Assembly: GCA_951406725.2 (NCBI GenBank)
Contig: OX597822.1
Span: 98,270,001 to 98,334,000, forward strand
Source: Octopus vulgaris
Taxonomy: Eukaryota
Length of the DNA: 64,000 bases
Direction of reading: 5' to 3'
Below the pieces are notes generated by a model. The model was given only the letters and a program-made list of their open reading frames with translations, was not told where the DNA came from and made no database searches. The position numbers and the translations under genes are program-made. Shown here piece by piece: positions 13,417 through 25,997 of this stretch. The number at the start of each line of letters is the position of its first letter. Position 1 is the stretch's first letter.

Positions 13417-14058
13417 AGATCTTTTCCTTTTGAACGGCAGATGTCAGCACAATTTCTAGTTAACTAAACACTTTTAAACTTCGTATACTGGTAGAATGTG
13501 TTTATAAAACATCATTTTCTCTTGGTTTTATTGAGAAAATTCTATAGTTTGTAAGATATTTCGTCTGAAAATCCGAGCATTTCGGTAATTTTAACCAATC
13601 GATTACCTCCATTCAACTAAAATCATTTGCTGCGTCTGAAACTGAGACAACATCCTGTAACTAACCCTAAACCTCCCCCCCCTAACCCTAACCCTATTTT
13701 TTTTTCTTAATCGTTAAATTAATTTAATTCCATTGCTTTAGTTTTTTTTTTACACGCGTAACAATTAAATTAATTTAACAATTGAGAAAAAAAATTTAGG
13801 GTTAGGGTTAGGGGGGAGGTTTAGGGTTAGTTACAGGATGTTGTCTCAGTTTTAGACGCAGCAAAGGATTTTAGCTCAAAAGAGAGCATAGGACTGGTTA
13901 AAATTCGAAAAATTAAACTACGCTAAACAAATAAATTACAATTTTTTCAAGAAAGTCAAGAGAAAAAAATGTTTTATTTTGACACATTCTACCAGTATAC
14001 GAAGTTTTAAAGTGTTTAGTTAACTAGAAATTGTCTGCCGTTCAAAAGGAAAAGATCC
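13417..14058. mobile_element. Fold-back MITE with (G/A)GATCTTTTCC TIRs and internal (TAACCC)n
   Basis: TIR gatcttttccttttgaacggcag / ctgccgttcaaaaggaaaagatc; near-palindromic throughout; 8-bp TSD ccccattt/cctcattt; related copy at 62806-63206. Confidence 0.85.
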
Positions 14059-14147
14059 CCTCATTTTTATACCGCTTGACTTCTTTATGTTACATAACAC
14101 CATTCTAAATTTAACACCTTCCTTATACACCTCTACCTGTCTTAACC

Positions 14148-14349
14148 TACTTCTTTATTACCCACAAGGGGCTAAACACAGAGGGGACAAACAAGGACAG
14201 ACATAGGTATTAAGTCGATTACATCGATCGACCCCGAAAGGATGAAAGGCAAAGTCGACCTCAGCGGAATTTGAACTCACAACGTAACGCAGACGAATTA
14301 CCGCTAAGCATTTCGCCCGGCGTGCTAACGTTTCTGCCAGCTCGCCGCC
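14148..14349 (-). mobile_element. SINE family 1 (tail B)
   Basis: Sense head ggcggcgagctggcagaaacgttagc; approximate TSD cctcta(c/t)ctgtcttaacc on both sides. Confidence 0.85.
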
Positions 14350-17141
14350 ATATACTCCTCTATCTGTCTTAACCGACATCCCTGCACCAACATGCTAAAT
14401 GACTGTAATTTCCTTTTTCTTTCTCTTTCATATTTACAAATTTCGTGTCCTTCCATCTTGTTACATTTTCTACCAATTCCATGTTTACCCCTTTGACTAA
14501 AACACACGCATAACAAGTGGGAGAGGAGGATTGTGTTTTTTGTGTGTTTGTGCTTTTTTTTCTTTTTTGTGTCCGTGGGGGAAGGTTGGATTCGAGAAGG
14601 TATGAATGGGATGGGTACGGGTTGGGGTTCACACTGACTTTGCTTCTTCCTCTTCCTCTGCTTTCTTCCTTCAGCGACTTCCCATGTTTCTTCCTTGTCC
14701 GATTCTATCGTTCTTTTCACCGTCTTCGGCTCCTTGACCTCCTCCAGGACTTCCTAGTAGTTATTTAGAGGGCAGTCCGCTCTAATGTGGCCCTTTTGGC
14801 CACATTTAAAGCAGCGAGGGATTCTGCCCTCTTTCCAAATCTTGAGCAGTGTTTCTAGGATCGACACCGTTTCCACCATATTTTCCAAAAATTCTACTGT
14901 ACTTTGCACTGTGACATCAAGTACCGTTCCTTTCCACTTGCTAGCCTCCGTCTCTGTGGCATGTTGTACGGCTACTGTTTTCCCCTTCCCAGAAGCACCG
15001 TCGCTGCCACACAAGCCACGTCTATGTTAGAAGGGATTCCCTCCTCCTTGACCCTAGAACTTCTTCCAAGCTACGTAGGTAGGAGGATCAACCTTTCTGT
15101 CTTCAATAGGTTTACTAAGTTCCCCTTCACCTTTTCCTTGCTTTTAAAATATACATCGACAGTGCCATATCTGCTTCATCTGGCAAGATATTTTATATCT
15201 TGCCATATTGACCTCAATGCCTTTTCTATCACATCCGCAGGTTCACTTTCAATTCTTTTTCTTTTACTGAATAAATTTTATAGACTATCTTCTTTTCTTC
15301 TATATTTCTCATAACTTCCTGAGGTGGTGACAATTTCACGTCACCATCTTCTCTAACATTTTTTCGAAATTTATTTTTAGGAATCTCCGTCACCTCTGCG
15401 AAACTCTTTTTCTTCAGGCACTTGTCCATTACTTCTACCGCTCGCACGATCTCATCCTCCGGATGATAATTCTTATGACAGCTCTGACCCGCTTTGGTCT
15501 GAATAAAACATGTTTTTTTTAAAGACTTAGCCATCCCTCCTCAAATGTGGAGAGACAGCACAAGCACAAAAACCGCTGCAAAACAGCACAAATTTTTCTA
15601 GATAACAATTCACAGCAACTCGATTTGAGATGCAGAAGATATCTACAGTATACGCTTTGGTAGAAATGATTGAGTGGAAGTCTTATAGCGTTTTCTTATA
15701 TTCTTTACAGGGTGGTGTTTATTTCTCTCTCTCTCTCTCTCTCTCAACGAAGAGAAAAATAAATGAAATATACTGGAAGGTGATTTAAATATCTACGGCT
15801 TCTGCTTTTCAAATGTGTAATACTTTACGAATGTATAAATCTATTCCTCCAGAGACAATATACTTTGCATTAAATAGTTATGCTCGTTTGATTGTAGTTT
15901 CAAATCTGAAAGTATTCGAAAATACTTCCCATTACCTTAAAAGTAATAAAATATAATTTAAAAACAATAATGAAATAAATGTGATCGACAAAACTATTAA
16001 ATTCGTGAACTGTTCTCAAAAGTTCAGAATAATTATTTTGTTGGGGAGGATCGAATTCTTCTTCAGTCTCTGTGGACTTGTGTCAATGTTATAAAACATG
16101 GTTAATTTCAATACTTATTGTATTTAATCCTAGTTTAGCTTCCATTAAACTTTCCTTTTAGATTAAGCAGATCTATGATCAAAGACACTCTGCTCTTGAC
16201 CACTGAGATCACGTTAATGTGTCTAAAACTAAATTATCTTAAGATGTTATGATGTAATTCGAGAGAATATGATTACTATTTCTTACAGGTCAAATGACTG
16301 CATAGATAGAGTTGTTGTTGTCCAGATCAGTCGTGTCCACTCATTATTGGCTCAGATTGTAATTAAGTTAATGATAATAGCAGTGAGTAACACAAAGTGT
16401 GAATTTCCGTCATAAAAACTACTAAGGCATTTAATTATATCACTTTATATCTGCCTTTAAATCCTGTGATGGTCAACCTTACTTTTCATTTCTCCAAGAT
16501 CGATAAGTGACATTCTTATGATGAATCAAATGTCCCCATTTCATTAAGCTAGAAGCTTTAGGCTGTCTATAAAAAAAAAAATCAATAGTTTACTCATCAG
16601 TGATACTTCATCAATTTCACCAGTTTGTTTTAGTACGTTCAGGAAACGTATTTCCAAGAAAATTCCAGACATAGTGATCGTTAGAATTTCATTATTCTGA
16701 GTAGAGTGTCATCGATTTGTACCAGTTATTTTACTTTCAATGGCTCAGTATATAAAATCGTAGGTAGAAAACATTCATGTCGATTATGAGGGAGTGCTTA
16801 ATAATTTTCAACGGTTCATTTAGAGAGACCGATTTCTTGTCTTTAATTTCGTAAATGAGATAAATGTAAGATTTCTCACAACGTGAAATAATAATACCAT
16901 TATATATTTTGATTTCGTTTTCATGTATTGTAATTCAGCAATGTGGATGCCATACTCCTGTTGATAACCTACAACTGGAATTGAACCTAGAAGCTCAAAG
17001 TAATGTTAAACATAGAGATAATTAAAAAAAATGAGCTCGACCATTTAATGACACATTAACCCAGTAAATATAAATGCCTGTGATAGAGATCACTATTTCA
17101 AATACCACTAGTGGCATAAAAGTACGTAAAGGAGCACATGA

Positions 17142-17320
17142 TGGAAGCACTCCGTCGGTTACGACGACGAGGGTTCCGGTTGATCCGATCAACGGAACAG
17201 CCTGCTCGTGAAATTAACGTGTAAGTGGCTGAGCACTCCACAGACACGTGTACCCTTAACGTAGTTCTCGGGGATATTCAGCGTGACACAGAGAAATACG
17301 GCCCTTTGAAATACAGGTAT
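17142..17320 (-). mobile_element. SINE family 3, 3' fragment
   Basis: Matches the reverse complement of about 29205-29387. Confidence 0.85.
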
Positions 17321-17629
17321 TTGCTTTAGTTCGTTTACCTCAATGTCTTTGGGGACAAAGATTTGTTGACGCAGATGAGGTGAAAGGGATTGTGTAGAAG
17401 TATGTTAAGGGAGCACGCATGTCAGATAAGGAAAAAGTTAAGCATATTTCGTATTTGAGTAGAACAGTCGAGTATGCTCATTTGTTATTCAAAATCTTTC
17501 TTTAAAAAAAAAAAAGCTTCAATAAATATTCATATTTAAATACACCGTTACATACAATGGGCAAATGCTTACTACTATAAACCTGAGCCAACGAAAGAAC
17601 TGTGAGTTCACTTGGTAGTGAGAAACTAT

Positions 17630-19756
17630 TTTTGAAGGCTTGCTACTTCCGACCCTAAGTCACGAAAAGGTGAAGAGTCCCTCTCCACAGGACGCCTCTA
17701 TTTACAAGGTAAGTCACGTCTATTCACATTGGTTGTATAAATGCCCGTGACCTGATGTCGAGTTGGAAGCAAGACGCTTCCTAAATGATATCAGGTCAAG
17801 AAACTTTGATGCAATTGTTGCAACGGAAACTCGGGTGAAGTGGCCAAGAGAGCTGCTCCACCTCCTGAATGGCTACGAGAAATACGTTTCTCCAAGTCGG
17901 GCTGGTGGTGGAGGTCCTACTAAAAAGAAACCGGTTAACCGAGGAAAGGTTGTTTTTTTTCTGATCTAGAAGGCAGGCTGGTCGTTCTCGGCCTGACTTT
18001 CAGTTCTGTCAAGACAATCAGGCTGGCTGCAATTTATGCACCGAACGTTATGGGTTCACAAAGTGAATATTTTCGTGACCTGTGCAAGTTCATGGCCATG
18101 TCGCATTCGCTAGTATTGATAGGAGACTTTAACACAATTTGTGACTCACGCACAGATTGTGTTGGCTCGAACATGAATAGAAAATATAACCCTGGCTTTC
18201 GGGATGTGCTACGTCACTTTCAACTGGCAGATCCGCAGTAAACGGCTATTGAGGTTTACGAGACGGTGGCAGGAGCAACGATCAACCGTGCAAAGTCGGT
18301 TGGTTTGCAGCTCGGCACCTGGGTTGGCAAGTCGATGCATTCAGACAGCGTTGTTGGGCGCTGGACGGAGGGACCGGTTAAATTGCTGGGAGTCTGGTTT
18401 CGATCAGGCCTCCAGATAGAAAAGAATTGGACGGAGGTTTCGAGCAGGGTGGCTGCAATAGTCAAGACCTGGTCTTGGCGGTGGCTATCCCAGAAAGGGA
18501 GGACGGAGGTGGCCAATGTGAATATGGCATCGGTCATTCCCTACCGCCTGACCGCCGTGACCTGTCAGTATTCGTGGGTGATCAGGTTGGTGAGGCAGCT
18601 CTTTCGCTTTTTTTTGTTGATGGGCAAGTCGCCACTTGTGAAACGCTCTATCTGTTTTCAGAAGTCGTTAAAGGGAGGTTTAGGGATGCCTTGGTTAATG
18701 ATGCGCAGGCATGCGTTGAGGTTGAGACATCTCTAGATTCTCCTGGATGGTGAATGGGTGTGGTCTCCGCCAGACAAATGTTCCCCGAGTTCAAAAGTTT
18801 TTGCAAACAGGAAGCCTGGTGTTCTCGTAGACCGAGATCGAGTAAGTGGCATATGAAGTGTCGTAAGGCCCTCCTGCTATTCCGGCGCTTGGGCAACGCC
18901 AGCGGTGGGGGTTCTACACGTTTTTGATATAGTGGGTTGGTAGAGTCTGAATGTAACGATGGCCTGGGGGTGGCGACTCTAAGTCTCGGGTATATTCAAC
19001 TCGACAGCCTGTTCCACCATACATTCGGGTTGAGAACGTTGCACAATTTTTATAAGTCGTTGACCTGGTAATGTTACAGGGGAGCCTTGCCCATTCGGGA
19101 TAAACTCGCAAGACATGGAAAGTCTCACTCTACGACCTGTCGAAGATGTGGGGGTGGGAAACCGTCCCTCACGCTATTGTCCAGTGCTCGGAGATATCTC
19201 AACACCTGTTGTCCGGCGAAGGAAGAGTACAGCTGTCCACTGGGTCAATTATAAAAATTGACCAACCGGAATTTTTTTACAAATGAATGTAAGAATTGTT
19301 TACTCACTGTTGTAGCAATAGCGAAAGAGGCAGTATGGTAGCTTAGGACAAAAGGTATTAAAACGGGTAACTTTATTTCCAGCCACGAGATCGTTTTTCA
19401 CTTTTCACTTGAAAAGGATGGTGTGGTTGCTGAAGAGATGCCTGTCGGAGAGTGTGTTCACAAAAGATGGAAGCATGTTGCATGAGTGCTGTGCGTGCAA
19501 GGAACCATGTGAATAAGACGAAAAAGAAAAGAACAAAACAAAAGGTACCAGAGATAGATTGGGTCTTGTTGGGACGGAGCGTGGCTTGATCATCTCTTCA
19601 TTTGTATTGTCTCTGTATTGTTAATTTCATTCGATATTTTAATATTTTATTTAAATTTTGAAAGTCACATTATATGTAAAATCATATCGCATTACTGATC
19701 CCATCAGTTGTTCTGTCCATTTCTATGTTCGGCCCCCGGTGGGCAATAAAGGAATT
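17630..19756 (+). mobile_element. Internally deleted Tx1/L1-like LINE (APE endonuclease fused to ORF2 C-terminal part)
   Basis: IGCINARDL..NDIRSRNFDAIVATETR, IYAP and LIGDFN (APE), then jumps near 18240 to GATINRAKS..VKLLGVWF..KGGLGMP (post-RT), a zinc finger remnant and tail ggcccccggtgggcaataaagg. Confidence 0.85.
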
Positions 19757-22209
19757 GGTATTTCGTCTGTTTTTACGTTCTGAGTTCAAACTCCGTTAAG
19801 GTTGACTATACCTTTCATTATCAATGTATTGCAATTTCCTATAATATTTACTAGTTGAATAGTTTTAATCTATATATTTTTGTAAAAATTGTGCTTCGAA
19901 ATGTATGGAAATTATGTGTGTGGGTAAAAGGAAAACGAATGCTCATATTTCAACGGTATTGCAAATTTATTGAACGTCAGTTTTATTTTACTGATAAGCA
20001 TTATTTTACAGTAATTGATGTCCAACAATTTTAATGCAAATTGTCAAGACGCAAGGTGTGAAATTCTGACCACTGCTATTGTGAACAACAGATCGTGCCA
20101 AAGTTTATATTTGAGATATTTCCGCTAACTAACAGATGACCACGACCATTCAGGTAGACTGGTGCTATTGGCAGCGATACACAAGATGAAACTGATAACC
20201 TACGAAAGTTAATGATGGAGGACAGATATTCCTGAGGAGGTGTTGTGAAACATATCTCAGTGGTGGCCATTTGCAGAAGATATAATTCTCACCATTCTAT
20301 GACAGTTTCAAAGCAATAATCCCATGAAGCAAATAAATAATGCAAACATTGAATACGTTTGAAACGGTGTGAAGAAACGAGCATCTAGTTTTGTCGTTCA
20401 TTGACACTATGCTATTGGAATACAAATTTAGCCTCATTTCACACTATTCAGCAATTCTCATTTTGCATCAAAACCAAATATTTCTACATTTTCCGTCGAT
20501 TACTAAACTATTAGATAACGTCTATTCACGTTCTACAAAGGTCTCTACTGAATAAGGTTCAATGTTCCGTATCAAGTGAAAAGAACAGGTTAAAATAAAA
20601 TTATTTATTTCTCTATAAGTCAAATAATTATCAATATTCGATTGTTAGTTTTCTAAAATTGTTGCATCCTGTGAATGATTTGCATTTTTTTTTTTTTTAC
20701 ATTCCACCACTTAATGCTTTCAACATTTGTGAGAATCGATAATCACATGGTTAGAAATTAAAATGATCAATCAATTTTGATTAGATTCTTCGATAGTACA
20801 GACAGGCGTAAAGAAAATTTCAATCCCTTTAACATCTGCTGTTGTGATCGATTCAAAATGCCAATCAAATCTTCGGAAATGCTTCATATTCAAGAATATC
20901 CCAGGAGAAATATATTGACTAAGTACTGCATGAGTTGTCGTGGTTCATTAAATCAATAAACATTTTGACGGAATCTGAAAGACTCGCCATTGATACATCA
21001 ACCATATAAACCGGTACTAAAACAATTCAGTTTTGAAAGTACTGAAGACAATGTGAACAACTGAAAAAAGATTTCATTTGAAACTATATCACGATTGACA
21101 GAATTATAAGAAAACTTAAATTTCTTCCCTGCACACTCAGCAAAATAAAAAAGAAAATAGGAGAAAAATCTTCTCACTAAGGAATTTATATATTAGTCTA
21201 ATCATCGGTCGTAAAGTAGCGTAAAATGATGGATAGCAGGAAAATTATGCAAAAATTTAATATGTTTGAATTAGCGTTGAAAGATGCGCCTTCATTTTTT
21301 GTTTCCTTTTACAGCATAAATCTGTCGAAGTTAATACGTAATCTTCAATGTGACATACTGTTTTGTTTAGAAGTACAATTTATTGCAGTGATATATGTAT
21401 ATTACATACGCTCACAGAACAACCAGTAAATAGTATAAGAAAATACAATGGTATTTGCAATACAACGATATTGTTGGTAATTTCATATATCATAACCAAT
21501 TTAATTTCATCATTTCGGAAAAGGCCAAACTGTAGTAATGTCTTATTTACTGAATAGATAAATTTCTCCATTGCATTATTTTATTGCTACAGATGTAGTA
21601 GGCTATCTGAAATCATTTGGCCAAATCCAGCCTAGCACATCTGAGTTCTTTGTCAGTAGCAAAGATAACCATAAAATTGGTTTTGCCGATATACTTTGTA
21701 ACAAATAGGGTCACTTTGGCGGAGCACACTTTTAGATTCGTGTGCAACAATTTCTTGCATGAACTTAGCCATTGATTCCCAAAGTGTGCACCAGTTCCTC
21801 GAACTATGAGGTTATTGTCTCCGAGCGTATACCTGATGTATAAGAGAAAGACTCGAGCATATATTTGGTACATTTTCATTTAATTCATACGCTGAATGAG
21901 ATTGGATGGATGATTTCAACTGTTCTGTATGTATTTTTTCTCAGATCACACACTTGCAGCTTTTGTTTGTTTGCATATATGCGTGAAAGGTTCTGTAAGT
22001 ATTTTATATAAGGAAAAATTGCTTGTGACTTCGATATTTACATCCATGTTTCAAACGTTTCACTTCAGTACGCCCCTCACATATCATTGTCTGTTTTCGA
22101 GTTATCTACTCCTAATCTTACTCTATCCATCAGCTGAATAGTATCATGTTTGTCGCTTTCCTCAATCTTCACATTTCCATCTACCTCCGGCTTACATACA
22201 CAGAATCAT

Positions 22210-22243
<34 letters not shown>

Positions 22244-22810
22244 ACAATAAAGGAACGGCCATAATAGGCCATTCACCCACTAGAAATAACAGCCAAAGCT
22301 TCAACCGCAAATAAAAGTTAATTCAGTAAACCAGGAGAAAATTTAAAAAACATTTACCCTGTAATTTCTTATACGATATACCGTTTCATCTGCTGATTAA
22401 TGGTAAACTAACCTGATTAAATTACAGGGTAAATGTTTTTTAAATTTTCTCCTGGTTTACTGAATTAACTTTTATTTGCGGTTGAAGCTTTGGCTGTTAT
22501 TTCTAGTGGGTGAATGGCCTATTATGGCCGTTCCTTTATTGTTGATGTTGAACTTAAAAATGGTCTTTGACTATTTTAATTTTTTTCCTACTAGGCCGCT
22601 GGTGGCAAAAGAATTCTACAAAATTTTTTTTTGCCACCCTATATTGATTAATTATGAATTTTCTGGTTAATTCCGTAATGGAATCGACGGCTTATATTTA
22701 TTTGCTGCCGATAAATTTGGCGCGAGTGCGACGATTTGAAAATTTTAGGTCAGATATTAACTTGGCAACGTCGGAAATGCCTCGTGAAAATATCTGTTCC
22801 GTCTTGGGCT

Positions 22811-22917
22811 ATTTCTTACTGAAGAATCTGAGGGCCTGTGGAAGATTGGCTTGATTTAATTTAATCAGGTTAGTTTACCATTAATCAGCAGATGAAACGG
22901 TATATCGTATAAGAAAT
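22811..22917 (+). ncRNA. Type I hammerhead ribozyme with long loop 2 (family B, unit 1)
   Basis: AUUUCUUA-CUGAAGA-AUCUG-(58 nt)-CAGAU-GAAA-CGGUAUAUCG-UA-UAAGAAAU; 8-bp stem I, 5-bp stem II, near-palindromic stem III, predicted GUA cleavage after 22909. Confidence 0.85.
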
Positions 22918-23304
22918 TACAGGGTAAATGTTTTTTAAATTTTCTCCTGGTTTACTGAATTAACTTTTATTTGCGGTTGATGCTTTGGCTGTTATTTCTA
23001 GTGGGTGAATGGCCTATTATGGCCGTTCCTTTATTGTTGATGTTGAACTTAAAAATGGTCTTTGACTATTTTAATTTTTTTCCTACTAGGCCGCTGGTGG
23101 CAAAAGAATTCTACAAAATTTTTTTTGCCACCCTATATTGATTAATTATGAATTTTCTGGTTAATTCCGTAATGGAATCGACGGCTTATATTTATTTGCT
23201 GCCGATAAATTTGGCGCGAGTGCGACGATTTGAAAATTTTAGGTCAGATATTAACTTGGCAACGTCGGAAATGCCTCGTGAAAATATCTGTTCCGTCTTG
23301 GGCT

Positions 23305-23411
23305 ATTTCTTACTGAAGAATCTGAGGGCCTGTGGAAGATTGGCTTGATTTAATTTAATCAGGTTAGTTTACCATTAATCAGCAGATGAAACGGTATATC
23401 GTATAAGAAAT
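23305..23411 (+). ncRNA. Type I hammerhead ribozyme (family B, unit 2)
   Basis: Same sequence as 22811-22917 shifted by 494 bp. Confidence 0.85.
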
Positions 23412-23915
23412 TACAGGGTAAATGTTTTTAAATTTTCTCCTGGTTTACTGAATTAACTTTTATTTGCGGTTGAAGCTTTGGCTGTTATTTCTAGTGGGTG
23501 AATGGCCTATTATGGCCGTTCCTTTATTGTTGATGTTGAACTTAAAAATGGTCTTTGACTATTTTAATTTTTTTCCTACTAGGCCGCTGGTGGCAAAAGA
23601 ATTCTACAAAATTTTTTTGCCACCCTATATTGATTATATATATATATATATCAGTTAGTTCGTACAACACAACCAGTTTCTTATCTTTCAAGATAATATA
23701 GGTTCCATAAATTTAGAACTAAGACATCCTGCATTCTAAACTGTAGGAGTCACCTACAGGTTGAATCAAAGCGTATCGGTGATTGCAAAGATTTTAGAGT
23801 CTGAAGAAGTAGACAAATGGGGAAATTTCGAAGTTACTGTCAACATTCTTATATTAGTAAATTTGAAATTTTACTTAAATATATTGTATTATCTTTAAAC
23901 GAATGTTTGCATGCG

Positions 23916-23955
<40 letters not shown>

Positions 23956-25383
23956 TATATATAAAACACACATACCTTAGGTATATATATATGTTTACTT
24001 TCTGTTTTAATAATGTGTGTGTATGTTTGTATTTTCCTACTTAAAGTGAATTTTGTCTTTTCTTTGGTATTTAAGCGTGCTGATATCATTTCACGAATGT
24101 GCGCTTGCAGTTTTCTATGCTCTTCAACATAAGTAGCAAATGTATACATGTGACAGAGTACGAACATTTAAGAAAACCATTTGATAATATACATTGTCCC
24201 ATGTGCCATTAATTAATTTGATACGTTCATATTTATGTTCGTACGTATGTATTGCACTGCATTTGACTATTATTAACTAAAGCACTTCAACATCATTGAG
24301 AAGATCCTTGACGCACGCTGACAGCTGATACATAATAATTTTATAATTTTAAAATAGAAAATAACAAAATATTTTGTGCTTGTAGTTGGTAATATGATTA
24401 CTTCTATGCGATTATGTCCAAATAGAGTCTCTCATTTTAATCAGTTTCGAAACATATGCAACCAAAGAATTTAAATTTTTATTTCTCCCTTGAATTTTAT
24501 ATTATTGATTTGCATATAACCTGGAATATAGCTGTTTCAGAATATAATATACAATGTATTTATCAAATCCATTTATAACTTCTTCAAGATCTTCAACGTA
24601 TTATAGAACACTATTTGAATTTATCAGGGAAGAATTTAACGCGCCTTCACTATATCATTTATATCTCTGCATCAGCAATATTTGAGACATTAATATGATT
24701 AATCGATTGGCAGATTCTTTTTTTTCTTTCGTACTTATCTAATATCACTCGTATGTTAAGTCAATTATTGTATTTTTCTTGAATTTATATTCACACTCAA
24801 CGAATCAGCAAACGTCATATACTTTATTAAAAACAAAATTGGTGTGAGCATTTCCATTTGTTAGCATTATTAATTTAATAATTTGCTTAATATCCTGGCG
24901 TTCTCACAATCATATTAGCTGAATCAAATGTAGTTTCCGACATGTATACATACATATCTTTAAAAAATACGCTTCTTGACTCTTCTACTACTGATTATTT
25001 ACTCGCAGTAATCGTTAACAATGAACTAACTTGATTCTTTTCCCATAGTGATCTCCTAGCACAGAATTATTTTGTAATCATTAACTTCCAATGTCCCGAA
25101 GTAATCGATTATTTGAATTTCACTACAACATGAATTTACTCCTTAGAGCCCCATCGCAAGATTATAGTTTAATCGGTTTCGTTCAGAACATTAAGCCATT
25201 AGCTAATTCCGCTTGCTGCTGGGAGAACTGTATCACCATACATTTAATGTTGCCTTTGAGCGATTGGAAAGATATAGCCAAATCAATGGAAATTTGTCAA
25301 TTCATTCTTTGGCATTTGTCCTTTATATTCCCGCGAACGAAGCATTTATTCCCAAACACCTCATTTTATCGAGAAGTAGGTTA

Positions 25384-25616
25384 CCTATTTCTTTACTACC
25401 CACAAGGGGCTAAACACAGAGGGGACAAACAAGGACAGACAAACAGATTAAGTCGATTACATCGACCCCAGTGCGTAACTGGTACTTAATTTATCGACCC
25501 CGAAAGGATGAAAGGCAAAGTCGACCTCGGCGGAATTTGAACTCAGAACGTAGCGGCAGACGAAATACGGCTACGCATTTCGCCCGGCATGCTAACGTTT
25601 CTGCCAGCTCGCCGCC
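25384..25616 (-). mobile_element. Full-length young SINE family 1 (tail B) with 18-bp TSD
   Basis: TSD ttatcgagaagtaggtta at 25366-25383 and 25617-25634; tRNA-like A/B boxes (agctggcagaaacg, gagttcaaattcc). Confidence 0.92.
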
Positions 25617-25676
25617 TTATCGAGAAGTAGGTTATCACTTCCATCATAAGACCGAGGGAAGACTATGTGGCGTGTG

Positions 25677-25921
25677 CACTTACCCTGGTGGTCAGGGGGG
25701 ACCGTGGTTTTGCGGGGTCTCCACGAGCAACCCTAGGAGATCTCCCTCATTGGAATAATTTTTGGTGATCCTTCAGTTTAACTCGACAAAACGATAACAA
25801 GACCTCGCTTGTTTCCGTGACTACTCGACAATTCACTTCGGATATCTTCGTGACCTCCGTGACAGCTACTAAAGTGGGAGGAGGAGAAGAAAGCTGATGG
25901 GTTATGTGTGCATGCTTGTTC

Positions 25922-25997
<76 letters not shown>

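Larger units (their letters stand above)
13203..15655 (-). mobile_element. Short ORF1(gag)-only retroelement B, interrupted by a MITE and a SINE
   Basis: SFAEV and VKLSPP motifs shared with A; LPTY.GRSSRVKEEGIPS; intact CCHC knuckle PRCFKCGQKGHIRADCP; 3' UTR similar to A; flanked by the same 15-bp repeat. Confidence 0.75.
22241..23635 (+). mobile_element. Retrozyme-like array, family B: about 2.5 tandem 494-bp units plus an inverted 5' arm, between (TA)n tracts
   Basis: Near-identical units with period 494 (e.g. ORF starts 22654 and 23148); 22241-22423 is the reverse complement of part of the unit; (TA)n on both sides. Confidence 0.9.

Noticed and set aside
20225-20265. CTGAGGA...GAAA...TC hammerhead-like spacing
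   Set aside because: Neither stem I nor stem II can pair
22476-23658. Repeated 64-66 aa ORFs in the 494-bp array
   Set aside because: They recur only because the DNA is tandemly repeated, and no GIY-YIG or RT motifs are visible
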